Source: the human T2T-CHM13v2.0 reference genome, Homo sapiens. From it: a stretch of DNA of 64,000 nucleotides. The DNA lies in NCBI RefSeq assembly GCF_009914755.1, contig NC_060941.1. The stretch is one strand, 5' to 3'. Shown piece by piece: positions 27,621 to 40,790 of the stretch. Under the pieces are notes generated by a model. The model ran no database searches, was not told where the DNA came from, and worked only from the letters and a program-made list of their open reading frames with translations. How positions within the stretch are numbered: the stretch's first letter is position 1; the number at the start of each line of letters is the position of its first letter. A program made the position numbers and the translations under genes.

Positions 27621-28474
27621 ACCAAGGGTGCAGCGGTCAACAAGCCAACGCTTCACTTGATGGAGAGGGTCAGGAAGATTCTGCGGCCACCAGGTCGCCA
27701 AGTCCATGCTTGGTGGAACACGGCACACCAGGAGAACAGCAGGGCATTGCAGCCCCAGAACCTGCCGAGGAAGCCATCTCAGGCCAGTGATGTGTCAGAA
27801 GGTGCCCCCTGAGATCCGAGGGTCATCTCGCCGGCAGGGCCCAGCTGGGGAAGCTGGGGGTCCTACCTCTTGACACTGCCCCCACTTACACACCTTGAGT
27901 TTGAGGTGTCAGGGGTGGTAGGAGAGCTGGAGTGGTTTCTCAACAAATGAAGTGGAAGAGGGTGGAGGGCTGTGGTGTGGGCATCACTGCAACATGCCAC
28001 TGCTGCTGGATGCGAGTGATGTTGACCTTGCTGGCAGGACAAGACAGCAGCAAACAGACTGTGCTGGTGGCACGATCCATCAGGGCTGGGTGGCAGCACC
28101 GGGCGGCAGCCTGCTGATGCAAGGCTGGGAGGCGGGAGGGCGCGAGTCTGTAACTGGAGAGGTTTGTTTGGATTCAGCATTGCTGAAATCCTCCCTGGCA
28201 GCAGATGCGGCTGGCCTCGGAAATACGGGAGGGACATGGGAAATGAACTAATAAATAAGAGGCCAGGTGTGGTATCTCGGTGCTGGCAAAACAGAGGCCA
28301 GAGAGGGTGGGATGTGAGGGCGGGTCCCATTCCTGAAAGTAAACCTGGCAAACCCTGGCCAGCACACCCAGACACAACCCCGGATGGCATCAGGCTCGGT
28401 TAGGGGCTGAGTTTTGTCCCCTCAAAATTCCTGTGTTGAAGTCCTAACCACTGGTTCCTTAAAATGGGACTGTA

Positions 28475-28788
28475 CAGGCAGTCCTCTGGATCTTAGAGTT
28501 CTGCATCCATGGATTAAACCAACCACAGGTCAAAAGTATTAGAAAAATAAATAAAAATAATGATACAACAATACAAATAACAGAAGTGAAAAAATACAGT
28601 GTCATTGCTATTTTCGTGGCATCTACATTGTATGAGGCCTTGTGCGTCACCTAGAGGTGATCTCCAGGGTACTGGAGGATGCACGTGGGTTACATGCAGA
28701 GGCTGCGCCATTTCCTACCAGGGGTTTGAGCATCGTCAGATCGTGGGGTTTTTGGAACTAACCCCCTGAGGATACCAACGGACAACTG
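28475..28788 (-). mobile_element. MER2 (Tigger-derived) DNA transposon
   Basis: Starts after TA with cag...ctgcatccatggattaaaccaacc and ends ggaactaaccccctgaggataccaacggacaactg; matches the recalled reverse MER2 consensus. Confidence 0.85.
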
Positions 28789-28989
28789 TGTTTAGAGATA
28801 TGGACTTTGAAGGGGTAATTTGGTTAAACTGAGTTAATTAGGGTGAGTCTTAATCCAAAGTGACTGTTCTCCTGAAGAGGAGATTAGGACAGACGCAAAC
28901 AGAGGGATGGCCACATAAGGACATGGAGAAGACGGCGTCTACATGCCAAGGGGAGCAGCCACATCCCTGCCTCCAGCATCTCTGTTTAG

Positions 28990-29335
<346 letters not shown>

Positions 29336-30779
29336 CCTGCCAACACCTTGATCTTGGACTTCCAGCCTCCGGAGCCACGAGAGAAGAAATTTCCATTGCT
29401 GGGGCCACCCTGTCTGTGCTGTGTTACTGCAGCCCCCAGAAATTGATACGGATCCCAAGCACTCAATATTGCCCTGGGAAGCACCCAGAATCCAGTAGAG
29501 ATGGGAAGAATCAGAAAGGGAAGTGGGTGATTCCACCCGAAGTGGGGAGATGTGATCCTATTAAATTGCTGCCCTAATTTAAAAAAAATCTCTTTGATTT
29601 CTTAATAAAAATGAAATAGAGACATAGACTTTGGGAGAAAACCCTGGAGGAGGGGAGAATCTGTGTGGGTTAAATAAGCTTAAACGTGAACAACAGAAAG
29701 ATCTACCAGTCAGTCAGTGACAGAACCAGGAGGCTGGGGCAACGTGGACTGGCGTGTTCTTCTGGAACTGATGGAGAGACCATTTCGGATAAAGATGATA
29801 TTGCTGTGACTATTATTGTTGTTTTGCCTGATGTGATGAACTCCCCAGGGGATCTAGTTTCCAAGCCGACGTTTCGAGACTCTGGGGGACACCCAGACGT
29901 GACCCTGTGCCTCTGCACCAGAGACCTTGGTGAGGCACCTGGGGCTGCACTTGTATTTTAAGTTTCTAGAAAAGATGAATGGGTCTTGGGAGAAAATGGA
30001 CATTCCAGTGTTTCCTTTTCAGAAAATTCTTCCTTAGGTGGCCACAAAGCTTTTATAAACAAAGTCCCAAACAGGGGAGGCATGGATGCCAGGGCTGACG
30101 CAGGGCCCTGACTCCGGCCTTGACTTTGGGAGAACATGCCCTTTTTCCTCACCATCACCTCCTGAAATCTTGCGGGCCACCAGATCACCCCTTCCCAGTC
30201 ACTGCACCTCGGCAGTTTTAACATACGTAGGCCCCAGGGAGAAGCCTCTGGCTAGGAGATGCTCCCCTGCTGGGATGGGCCTGGGAGAGCCTCAGAGGCC
30301 ACTCTCTGGGTCCCAGCCCATTTAATGTATGGGACTTTCTGGGTCCCAGCCCTTTATGTCAAGAAGGACTTTGCACATGTGGACCAAGCCCTTTAACAGG
30401 TCCAGCCCTCTGGGGCTGCGAGTTGTCCATCTGGGCCACACCCGGACTTGGAACCCCACTGGGGTGAGCGGCTAATAGAACACAAAGTCTCCCAGGGTGA
30501 TGCAGCTCCCATAAGCCTTGTGCAGCACCAGCGGGAACACTGCCTTGGTGGCATGTGTGTTTTCAAGACTGAGACCACAGAGGTGTACTCCAAACATTCT
30601 GGCGCTCAGAGTCGCCCTGACAAGGCTCCGGCCCTGCTCACCTAAAGGCCATCCACAGGCCAGTCTCACAGGCTCTGCCTTTATGTGGGAGAAAGCAGGG
30701 GAGGAGCACCTCGCTGGAAAGTGAGTTTCCTAGTCAGTCTATCTTCCATCACACAGTGTCAAGACAGTCATGACAATGC

Positions 30780-31270
30780 AGACCCACCCGCAGCAGCACT
30801 ACTCCCAGTGGCCAAAAGGGGACAGCAGCCCAGGTGTCCATCAAGGGATGGATGGAGAAGCAGAATGCGGTTCCCCCACCCATACGTTGGAAACTATAGG
30901 GCCTTAAAAAGAAAGGAACTCCTGACACAGGCCACAATGTGAATGAGCCCCGAAGATCTTATGCTGAGTGAAATAAGCCAGACTCAAAGGGACAAATACT
31001 GTGTGATCCCACTCACGTGAGGTCCCTAGAGTCATCCGATTCACAGAGATGGAACGCAGGATGGAGACTGCTAGGGACTGGGGGAGGGGGTGGTTTCTAA
31101 ATTGGTGGGGTATTATTTAATGGGGACAGAGTTTCAGCTTTGCAAGATGAAGAGTTCAGGAGACAGAGGGTGGTGATGTTTGCACAACAATGCAAATGCA
31201 CTCATACCACTGAACTAAAGATGGTCAAGATGTTAGCTTTTGCTCTATGTATTCTAATATAATGAAAAAC
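30780..31270 (+). mobile_element. L1MB-class 3' end
   Basis: cccaggtgtccatcaagggatggatgg...ttatgctgagtgaaataagccagactcaaagggacaaatactgtgtgat...gagtttcagctttgcaagatgaa. Confidence 0.9.
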
Positions 31271-31284
31271 AAATGTGAACAGAC

Positions 31285-31500
31285 ATTTGCACCCACTGAG
31301 CTCTCACTGCATGCCGGGCACTGTGCTGATTCCTTCACACAATAAATAAATACCCCTCCCCTTCCATCAGCAGCCCTTCAAGAAGCATATTATTGTCCCA
31401 TTTCATGGATAAGAAACCAAGGCTTAGAAGTTAAGTACACGATCCAGGATCACTCACTAGTAAGACGGAGCCAGGGTTCCACCCAAATGTTTCTGGTTCC
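31285..31500 (-). mobile_element. MIR SINE
   Basis: tgccgggcactgtgct...tattattgtcccatttcatggataagaaaccaaggcttagaagttaag. Confidence 0.8.
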
Positions 31501-31529
31501 TGGCAAGCACTACAGAAATAGACAGTGTT

Positions 31530-31808
31530 GGCCAGGTGTGGTGGCTCACACCTGTAATCTCAGCACTTTGGGAGGCCGAGGCGGGTGGATCACCTGAGGT
31601 CAGGAATTTGAGACCAGCCTGGCCAACATGGTGAAACCCCTTCTCTACTAAAAATACAAAAAATTAGCCGGGCGTGGTGGCAGTCACCTGTAATCCCAGC
31701 TACTTGGGAGGCTGAAGCAGGAGAATCAGTTGAACCTGGGATTGCGCCATTGCACTCCAGCCTGGGCAACAAGAGCAAAACTCTGTCTCAAAAGAAAAGA
31801 AAAAAAAT
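31530..31808 (+). mobile_element. AluS (Sq/Sp-like) with right-arm deletion
   Basis: gaacctggg joins directly to attgcgccattgcactcc; ends ggcaacaagagcaaaactctgtctc plus A tail. Confidence 0.95.
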
Positions 31809-31959
31809 AGATGGTGAAAGAAATGAGTGAGTGAATGAATGAATGATACCAAGTCCCAGGCTTCATATACCATTGAACTTGGCTTGTTTTGCAAAGTTTT
31901 TGGTTGGTGGTAGTTGGGATGCCTTTTAAAACAAAATAATATTTAAATTATTCCCAAGT

Positions 31960-32380
31960 AAGGGGTTTGACTTTGGAGTGATGGAAATGTTTTGGAATTA
32001 GAAAGAGGTGGTGAATGTACTCAATGCCACTAAGTTGTTCACTTTAAAAGGTCTATTTTGGCTGGAAGCTTACGCCTGTGATCCCAGCACTCTGGGTATG
32101 TAAGGCCGGAGGATTTCTCGAGCCCGGGAGTTTGAGGCTGGCTTGGGCAACATAGTGAGACCTCATCTCTACAAAAAAAGATTTACAAAAATTAGATGGT
32201 TTTGATGGTGTGCACCTGTGGTCCCAGCTACTTGGGAGGCTGAGGTCGGAGGATCGCTTGGGCCTAGGGGTAGAGGCTGTAGTAAGCCTTAATCACACCA
32301 CCGTACTCCAGCCTGTGTGACAGAACAAGACCTTGTCTCAAATAGTCCATTTATGCTATGATTTTTAATTCACCAAATTA
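31960..32380 (+). mobile_element. Old L1 3' fragment split by an AluJ
   Basis: ctttggagtgatggaaatgttttggaattaga...tgaatgtactcaatgccactaagttgttcactttaaaa. Confidence 0.7.
32060..32342 (+). mobile_element. AluJ element
   Basis: J-type diagnostics gagcccgggagtttgagg, ggcaacatagtgagacctcatctctac and ggaggatcgcttg. Confidence 0.92.
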
Positions 32381-32904
32381 TTTTAGAAATATGTATACCT
32401 GAAATTGAATATAAATATACCAGAAATATGTTTACTGATTATGCGGTATATGGTTGCACAAATATACACACAAATGCTTCGCCTGTGGGCAGCATCGTCT
32501 GAGTGGTCTTGGGGAAGTGGGGGTCTCAGGGGTCTTCAGCTGGATTTGTTAGGGCAAAGATGCTCACCACCTTGTGCCCCCTCAGGTGCGGAGCCTGCAG
32601 ACTCTAACCTGCAGGCCAGGGATTTGGGTCTCTTTTAAGCCTGATTTTATTAAAAGTCCCCTGAGCATTTTCTCTTCTGAGGTTTGTCTGCTTGCCTCCT
32701 GAAATAATAAGTCACATGGGCTAGGGGCACTGACCTGCCCAGACTCATCAACATCTATTTCCCTTTATCTTTTAGAGAGAAATGATAGTTTACTCCCCGA
32801 GAATGGTTGCTAGGGGCAGACCATCTGATAAATAGATGTGATTAATAATGAATTAATTAACATCACCTTCCAGCTGACAATGAAGAGAAGCTTCCACACA
32901 CTAG

Positions 32905-32981
32905 GTGCACGTACGTGTGTGTATGTACCTGCGTGTGCGGTACACAGTGTGCATGTGTTTGTATGCATGTGTGCATGTCTG

Positions 32982-33016
<35 letters not shown>

Positions 33017-33025
33017 ATGTGTGTA
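32905..33025. repeat. (TG)n microsatellite
   Basis: gtgtgtgt run with degenerate flanks. Confidence 0.95.
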
Positions 33026-33464
33026 CTTGGCCACACATGCATCTGGAGGACCTGGGAAAGACCTCCATGAGGGAAGGAACATGAAGCCAGATGCACCACC
33101 CGCTATGGAGCTGCCTGCGACTTGGGGTTTTACCCATTATAGGAAGTTAATGCCCCAGGGAGCCCATTTCTCACAGAAGCTCTTTGGAGTGTATGTTTGC
33201 AGTCTCCTTTATAATGTGAATAATCATTTTCTAACTCCTGTTTGGAAAATTAATCTTCTAGTTTCTTAGAGTGTAGCATAGAGTTTTGGAAATAGGGTTG
33301 GTGGTTAATGCCTGTCTTAGTACTTGCAAACAGGCTTGAGGGACTGGTTATGGTTTTTCTATGCAACAGAATGATATTCAATCATGAAGAATGAGGTTAA
33401 TAGCAACCTATAAATATGTTCCTGAGAATACTGTCTAGCAACAACAGCAAGTTACAAAACAAAA

Positions 33465-33598
33465 AATATATATGTATATATATACACACACGTAAATATA
33501 TAGGTATATATGTACATATATTTGTATATAATGTAAATATATGCATATATGTACATATATATTTTGATATATATGTGTATATATATATAAATATATAG
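33465..33598. repeat. (TA)n-rich microsatellite
   Basis: Degenerate atatat/tgtata tract. Confidence 0.95.
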
Positions 33599-36500
33599 CA
33601 TGATCCTGCTTTTGCAGAAGGATTTTCATACTCTTATGTGTTAAAAAAAAAACTGCTAGAAGATCACACACATCACACACGCACTGAGGTGTGAGCTGTG
33701 GTTATTTCTGGCAGATTGTTACTTCTTCGTTTTTCTTGTCTGTATTTTCCACAAAAACATCTATTGCTTGTGTAATAATAAAAAGATACTGACCTGACTT
33801 TAATTGAAAAAGAAAATTATTGATTTTGCTGAAAGTCCCCAGACCCTTCTAACCCCAGGGGAGAAAAGATGATGGGATTAGAATGAAAGAGGATGGAAGT
33901 CAAACCCGGGGCCTCTGTTCTTGGTTCCAACTCTAAGATTCTCGGAAGGTGCTGGTGGCTGTTGGGTTATATGAGGGAGAGCTGGCCGTGACACGGGTGC
34001 CGTGTTCTCGAGGCAGAGTCTTGCTTACACCTGCTCGTGTCTGTGGGAGAACCAAATCCCTCACCTCCTTCACTTGGCCCCTCCCTCCCACCGCGTCTCA
34101 CACTGGGGCATTCCATCATTTTCCATGGACGCTATCCTGAGCCCCGTGCTTAGAGGGCCGGGTGGACTCCGCTGTGGCCCTGCTCTCAGAGGATGCTGTT
34201 TCAGCAGGGTGGGTGGGCCGCCGCCTGGCCAGGGCAGGAAGCACAGCTCTGGCTATTTTTAGTCAATCATCAACCCCTCCGATGGTGGCCCCAGGTGGCT
34301 CAGTTCCTGAAGATCAGGCAGTTGAAGCAGAGCCACTAAAGGGTTCTTGCCTGTGTGGGGGGGAAAGGGAGAGGTGGGGGCAGGGGGCTTGGAACCCTGC
34401 GGCCGGCCAAGCCCTGCCGTCATAGCTATTACTGGGATCAGTTTCATCCTGCCTTTCAATCATTATGTTTTTCTTTTCCACCCACCCAACTCCCCAGAAC
34501 AGAATCAGATAAGAAACCCTAAAAAGGTCCACCAAATAATCAGAAAAATCAAGACGACGCACAGCTGTCCCAGTGGGGCTTGCTGTTTGGTTTCAGAGCC
34601 ACGTGTTTCCACCTCCATTTCCCAAGGCAGGGCAGAGCCCTGCCCCCTTGTCCGCCTCCTCTGGACAGACCGACATGAAATGGGCTCGGCCGCCCCCTCC
34701 AGTGAGCCCCTGAACAGGGGAGAAAGACTTTGGGGAAGTCACGGTCAGATCTTTCTGCCTCTCCTTTGGCCCTGCGTCTTCCTCCCACACAGCCTGTGTG
34801 GGCTGGGGTGGGGGCTGTACCAGCTACACAGCTCTGAGCTGAACAAACTCCTGAAAGGGCAGGGAGCCTCCGCTGGGCCATTTTTCAGACTTTAATTGCA
34901 TTGAGTGAAACTTAAAAAGGACTTTCCGTTTGCTCAGGCTGAATTCCCTCTCCGCTGTGGGCAGGCAGCCTCCCTCCAAGGAGAGCAGAACAACCAGCAG
35001 AGAGTGCACAACCTGGCTAACCATCCAGGGCTGACCTGCCGTAGCCTCTAGCGTAGAGCCCTGGGCAGCAGTTGTGCAAGCCAGTGGATGGAGGCTGCCC
35101 AGACTCTGCCGTCACTGGCTGCCCTGCTAGAGCTCAGCTAGGGTCGAGTTTCATAAAAGCAGCAGCGTCTACAGTCTGCCTTTATGTCCAGCGGGTGAAA
35201 GCCAGAAAGCACAGACGGAATCTAGCCGATAGGGCTCCATGCTCTGCAGAAAACATCCTGACCCGAGGCCTGCAGGCGGCGGCTGCTGCGGCCAGATAAC
35301 GCCAGCCTGAGCCTCAGCTCTGCCAGTTCCCAGCTGGGTGGCCGTGACCTCCCTGAGCCCTGCTAAGAGCACCCATGCACGGCAATGGCGGAAAATAAAC
35401 GAGACGGGGCTGTGAGACATCTCCCCGGCCCACGGCACTCAGCAGTGCTAGCTGACAACGCGCCAGGCCAGGGCGGCTCACACGTCCATGCAGAGCGCCA
35501 GCCATGGCCCGCACGCGTGTGACTCTCTTGGAATTTGGCTGATCAAAGGAATCAGTGCAACGGAGCCTGCTGCCAGCCTACCCTGGCACACCTGCCCTCA
35601 GGAGCGCCCCTCCCCTCCCTGCTTTGTTCCTGGGGCTCCCTTCTCTTACTGTTTCCAACTCAGGCTAAACAATTCCTGCCGCAGCCTCTGGGCCTGGGAG
35701 AGGATGAGGGTGGGGTCTTCCTCAGGGGCCATCCCGAGGCCACTTCCTCCCTTTCCCTTCCATGCTGCTGAGTTGGCAGAAGGATGTGAGAGGGTGCAGG
35801 CAAGAAGGAAGGTGCCAGAAGGTCCAGGGTGCCCTGCCTACCTCCCTCTCTTGGCTGCCCAGATACCAACAGCCCCACCTGAGCCAACCTCCTAGGCCTC
35901 CCGTGCCGGGTGTCCTCCTCCACCCCCAGCTCCACGGGCACCTGGGAGAGCTTTGCCATGCCTGATCCTCAGACCCGCCAGCCTGGGCGTTGGGCCTCTG
36001 TCAGGAGGAAGATGAGAGGCTGGGGGAAAAGGGAACCCCTCTCCTGGTCTGGGGCCCGACATCCACGACTCTTGGAGAGTCTGGCCCCAGGCCCTCTGAG
36101 GGAGTTTTCTTTGATATTTATTAACCCACTTTCTCTCTTGGCACTCGGAGCAAGGAGGGAAACTCAGCCAAGGCTATTAATAGGCTAAGGCCATCCCTGG
36201 GGAGAAGAATGAGCTCATACCTACAGCACAGGTGCCAAGTATAATAAAGGTTTCCGACTCAGGCCTAAATATAGGCTGCGGCCACCTCGGGGCGCGGAAG
36301 GAGGGCCTCGCATGAGCAGCGTGTCCGCCCTGTTGCCATCCAGCTGGCCACTTGGGCAAAGCTTTTTGACACCTGTGCCCGGGACGAGCTCCACCAGGAG
36401 ATCTTGCGGTCACACGGTCCTGTTCCACCCTAGGTCAGCCCCGGTGGGAGCCACCCAGGAGGCAGGGGAGGCGAAATGACATTTCATTTATATTAATGAC

Positions 36501-37711
36501 TCCTGTAAACAGAGAGTTTAATAAAAAGGCAGTGAGGGAATTTATGGGCAACCCAAGGATAATTAAAATTATTTATCTACTTACCTCCCTTGCTTGCTGA
36601 TCAGTCTATTAATTATCTATTATATACTCGCTGTTTGCATTTTAGTGAAGGGACTGGGGAAGGGCAGGTGAAAAGCACAGAGGAGTTAGGGAACCCCATA
36701 GTGGGGACCCTCCTCTCTGCAGACCAAAGCTCCTCCTGCAGACACCCTCACGCATCGTTCCCCATGGCGGTGGGCCACCCTGAGGCCTGGGAGAAGCCCC
36801 CATCTGAGAACCAGCTCGGGGGGAGCAGAAAGCATTGCGTAGAGAGGTTGGTTCTTACCTGTTTGCAGAGGGATGACTCCAGGAGCAGGTTCCCAGCTGG
36901 AGGGGCTGCAGACCTGGGAAAATGGTGGCAGAATTTCCTCTGGCTGCTGTGACTTCAAGCTGCATTTCAAAAAGAAAACAAGAGAACAAAACGGTGTTCA
37001 ATCTCTGAATATCTAGAGTGCATCAGACGCATGCTCTCCCGCACTCTTGATTGAAAATATTACAGGACAGAGTGTCACGGGCACTATGTCTTTTGAACGA
37101 TACAAACAGGAATGCGTTAGGCTGGGAGAAGCTGTAAGAAGGTGTCCCTGTCCACCACCTCATGGGTAGAAGATGCTCCCAGCTCTGCAGCCCTGGATAT
37201 TGTAGGTGAGACTCACGGTATCAAAACCGAAGCTGGGGTCAGAGGGGAGAGTGCCAGCAGGTGACGGGGTCAGGCTGGAGTTTGGACTGACGGGGGAATG
37301 GCCGAGTCGCCTGTCCCCAAGCCGGGCCCCAGGTCTCTCATGCCAGCAGAGCCTCCTTGGGGATGAATCCTCAGCACCAGGCCCAGCTCCTGGGCGCTGG
37401 GCTGCATCCTAGAGGAAATTGTAACGGCCGGCGTGGGTTGAGCAGCCCTCGTGGTTTGTACTTGCAGCCTAGCTAGGCCCTCGATGGGAAGTAAGGCTGT
37501 TTTCTCATCAGACCCCATCAGTGTCACCACGAGCAGCTGTGAATTCTCCTTCTTGGTCTTAGGCTTCTCTGGGGTTGACAGTGTGAAGGCCTCTGGCCAC
37601 CAGGCCTCCCTGCTAGACACTGGGTGGGGGCAACGTCAAGGGGGCACCTGGCTTCTGCCTCTTAGCGGCTCACTCTGCCGATCTGTGTTGGCTGTGAGCA
37701 GGGACTGAGTC

Positions 37712-38324
37712 TGCCATGGTCCGAGTGTTTCTGTTCCCTCAAAGGCCAAATGTGATGGTATTTGAAGGTGGGGCCTTTGGTGGGGGTCATAAAGTCATGA
37801 GGGTGGGGCTGTCTGAATGCGATGAGTGCCTTCATAAGAGTGTCTGTCTCTCTCTCTCTCCTCTCTCTCCACCCACCCACCCCCAACCCCCAGTGACAAT
37901 ACACCAGATCTGCTGGCACCTGGATCTTGGATTTCCCAGTCTCCACAACTGTAAGAAGTAATTGTTTGTTGGACCGGGTGTGGTGGCTCATGCCTGTAAT
38001 CCCAGCACTTTGGGAAGCCGAGGCGGGGGGATCACTTGAGGCCAAGAGTTCAAGACCAGTCTGACGAACATGGTGAAACCCCATCTCTACTAAAAATACA
38101 AAAGTTAGCTGAGTGTGGTGAGTCCTAGCTACCAGGGAGTCTGAGACAAGAGAATTGCTTGAACCTGGGAGGCAGAGATTGCAGCGAGCTGAGATCACAC
38201 CACCGCACTCCAGCCTGGACAACAGAGCAAGACTCTGTCTCAAAAAAAAAAAAAACTAAATGTTTGTTGTTTAAGCCACCCAGTGTATGACATCTTGTTA
38301 TAGCAGCCCCAGCCCACTAAGACA
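37712..38324 (+). mobile_element. MLT1A-like LTR interrupted by an Alu
   Basis: aatgtgatggtatttgaaggtggggcctttgg...tctgctggcacctggatcttggatttccc...ttgtttaagccacccag...gttatagcagccc...actaagaca. Confidence 0.88.
37971..38255 (+). mobile_element. Alu (S/J) element
   Basis: Full dimer with A tail; TSD-like taa(t/a)tgtttgtt on both sides. Confidence 0.96.
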
Positions 38325-38756
38325 GAGCCTCACGTGGCTTGTATTCCTCAAAGCACCTGAGAGTAGATTTTGCACAGGAAGGAGGAAGGCAGACAGGGCA
38401 GGAAGGGGGTGTCACATGATTGGGGTCTCCGCTGAAACTTTGGACTCTTCCTCCCTCCACCTCTCCTGAGCCTTCCTCTCCCACCCCGTGGCTCTGGCCC
38501 CGTGGGCACTGCCCCATCCCCTGCATGTGCCCCGCCCCCTCCTGCTGCTTCTCACACCTGCTCCTTGCTCCCTCTGCCCCACCCATGGGGGCCTTCTGGT
38601 TGGATTTGACCTCAGGGTCCTTGCACATGTTGTCCCCTCCTCCAGGTGTTGGGTGACATCTGCATGTTCAGGCCTCCCCTTGGAGAAGCCCCCAACCATC
38701 GTATGGGAAGCCCCCTCCCCATCACCTGCCGCATCTACTCATGGCCTGTCGCATCA

Positions 38757-39086
38757 TAATGTGGCTTGACTCTGTGTCCCCACCCAAGTCTCATCTGGAA
38801 TTGTAATCCCCATGTGTTGAGGGAGGGACCTGGTGGGAGGTAACTGGATCATGGCGGCAGTTTCCCCCATGCTGTTCTTGTGATGGTGAGTGAGTTCTCG
38901 TGAGAGCTGATGGTTTAAAAGTGGTTGGCAGTTCCCCCCTCACTCTCATCTCCCGCCACCATGTAAGACGCACCTCACTTCCCCTTCGCCTTCCGCCACG
39001 ATTGTAAGTTCCCCAGACATGAGGAACGGTGAGTCAGTGAAAGCTCTTTCCTTTATAAGTTACCCAGTCTCAGGTAGTTCTTTATA
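38757..39086 (+). mobile_element. THE1D/MSTA-class MaLR LTR, 3'-truncated
   Basis: ctctgtgtccccacccaagtctcatctggaattgtaatcccc...gtttcccccatgctgttct...ttacccagtctcaggtagttctttata. Confidence 0.92.
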
Positions 39087-40015
39087 CCCCACAGTCATAA
39101 AGTAGTGCCATCATTGTCTTCATTTGTGCACAACGCCCTAAAACGGAAGTTTCCCGAGGACACGTGGAGCTGCTGCGTGGTCTCCATACCGGAGCAGGGC
39201 CTGGCAAGCCGCAGGTGCTCAGGGAATGAGGAATGAGGGATGAATGTGTGAATGCACAGCTACCCCGGACGCGGTGTTCCAACTCCTATTTGCATTCCCT
39301 GCCCGCAGCATGGCCTCCATAGCATGCATTCCCCAACCTGCCCCTAGAGTAGATTTTTAAAGCACAAAGTTGTTTAAAATCCCTTGAAGCTTCCCTGAAG
39401 GCCTGGGGGTTAAGTCCAGATTCCTGAGCCTGGGGGTCCAGGCCCTTCACAGTCAGTTTTACTTCCTTCCCAGGGTCCTCTCCCCATGACTGGTGCAAAC
39501 CTCAGCCCTGCCAGCCTGCCCAGACCAGGGCGAGACCTCCTCTGTGTCCCCAGAGCAATCTGTCACCAAGCTCGAGGTTCCTGTAGACTTTTTTCTGCAC
39601 TCCTCCCAGTAGAGGCTCCCATGGGCCCCTCCCACCCCTCTCTTTTCTCTCCTACCTGCTCCCCAGCCCCGTCCTGCTTCTAGGACAGTCAGCAGTGGCT
39701 GCCCATTTCCCCACTGCTGAGGGTCCTGTCCTGTCGGCGAGGTGGAGCTCCTGCAGGCTCACAGAGGAGAAGGACCTCCACCCTCCTCCCGCATTCCCCA
39801 GCCTCTGCCCGGGCCCTTCTGTGGAGGGAGCACCGCTCTGTTGCTCACCGATGGCACAGACAAGTCACCCCCAGCGCTGCCTCGGCATTAAACATCTAAT
39901 GCAAGTTAGGAGCCCATTTTCCATAACACACAGAAACATTGCTGTTTCCAGGAGTTCACTGCCCTCTAGGCCCATCCATTGAACCCTGGTCATCAGCTCT
40001 TGGGGTCTCGGGGCA

Positions 40016-40790
<775 letters not shown>

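Noticed and set aside
37370-37390. Degenerate RE1-like CTCAGCACCAGGCCCAGCTCC (also CAGCACCCAGGACA near 8462 and GGCGCTGTCC half-sites near 14371 and 41623)
   Set aside because: Mismatches in the GGACAG core or only one half-site; expected by chance.
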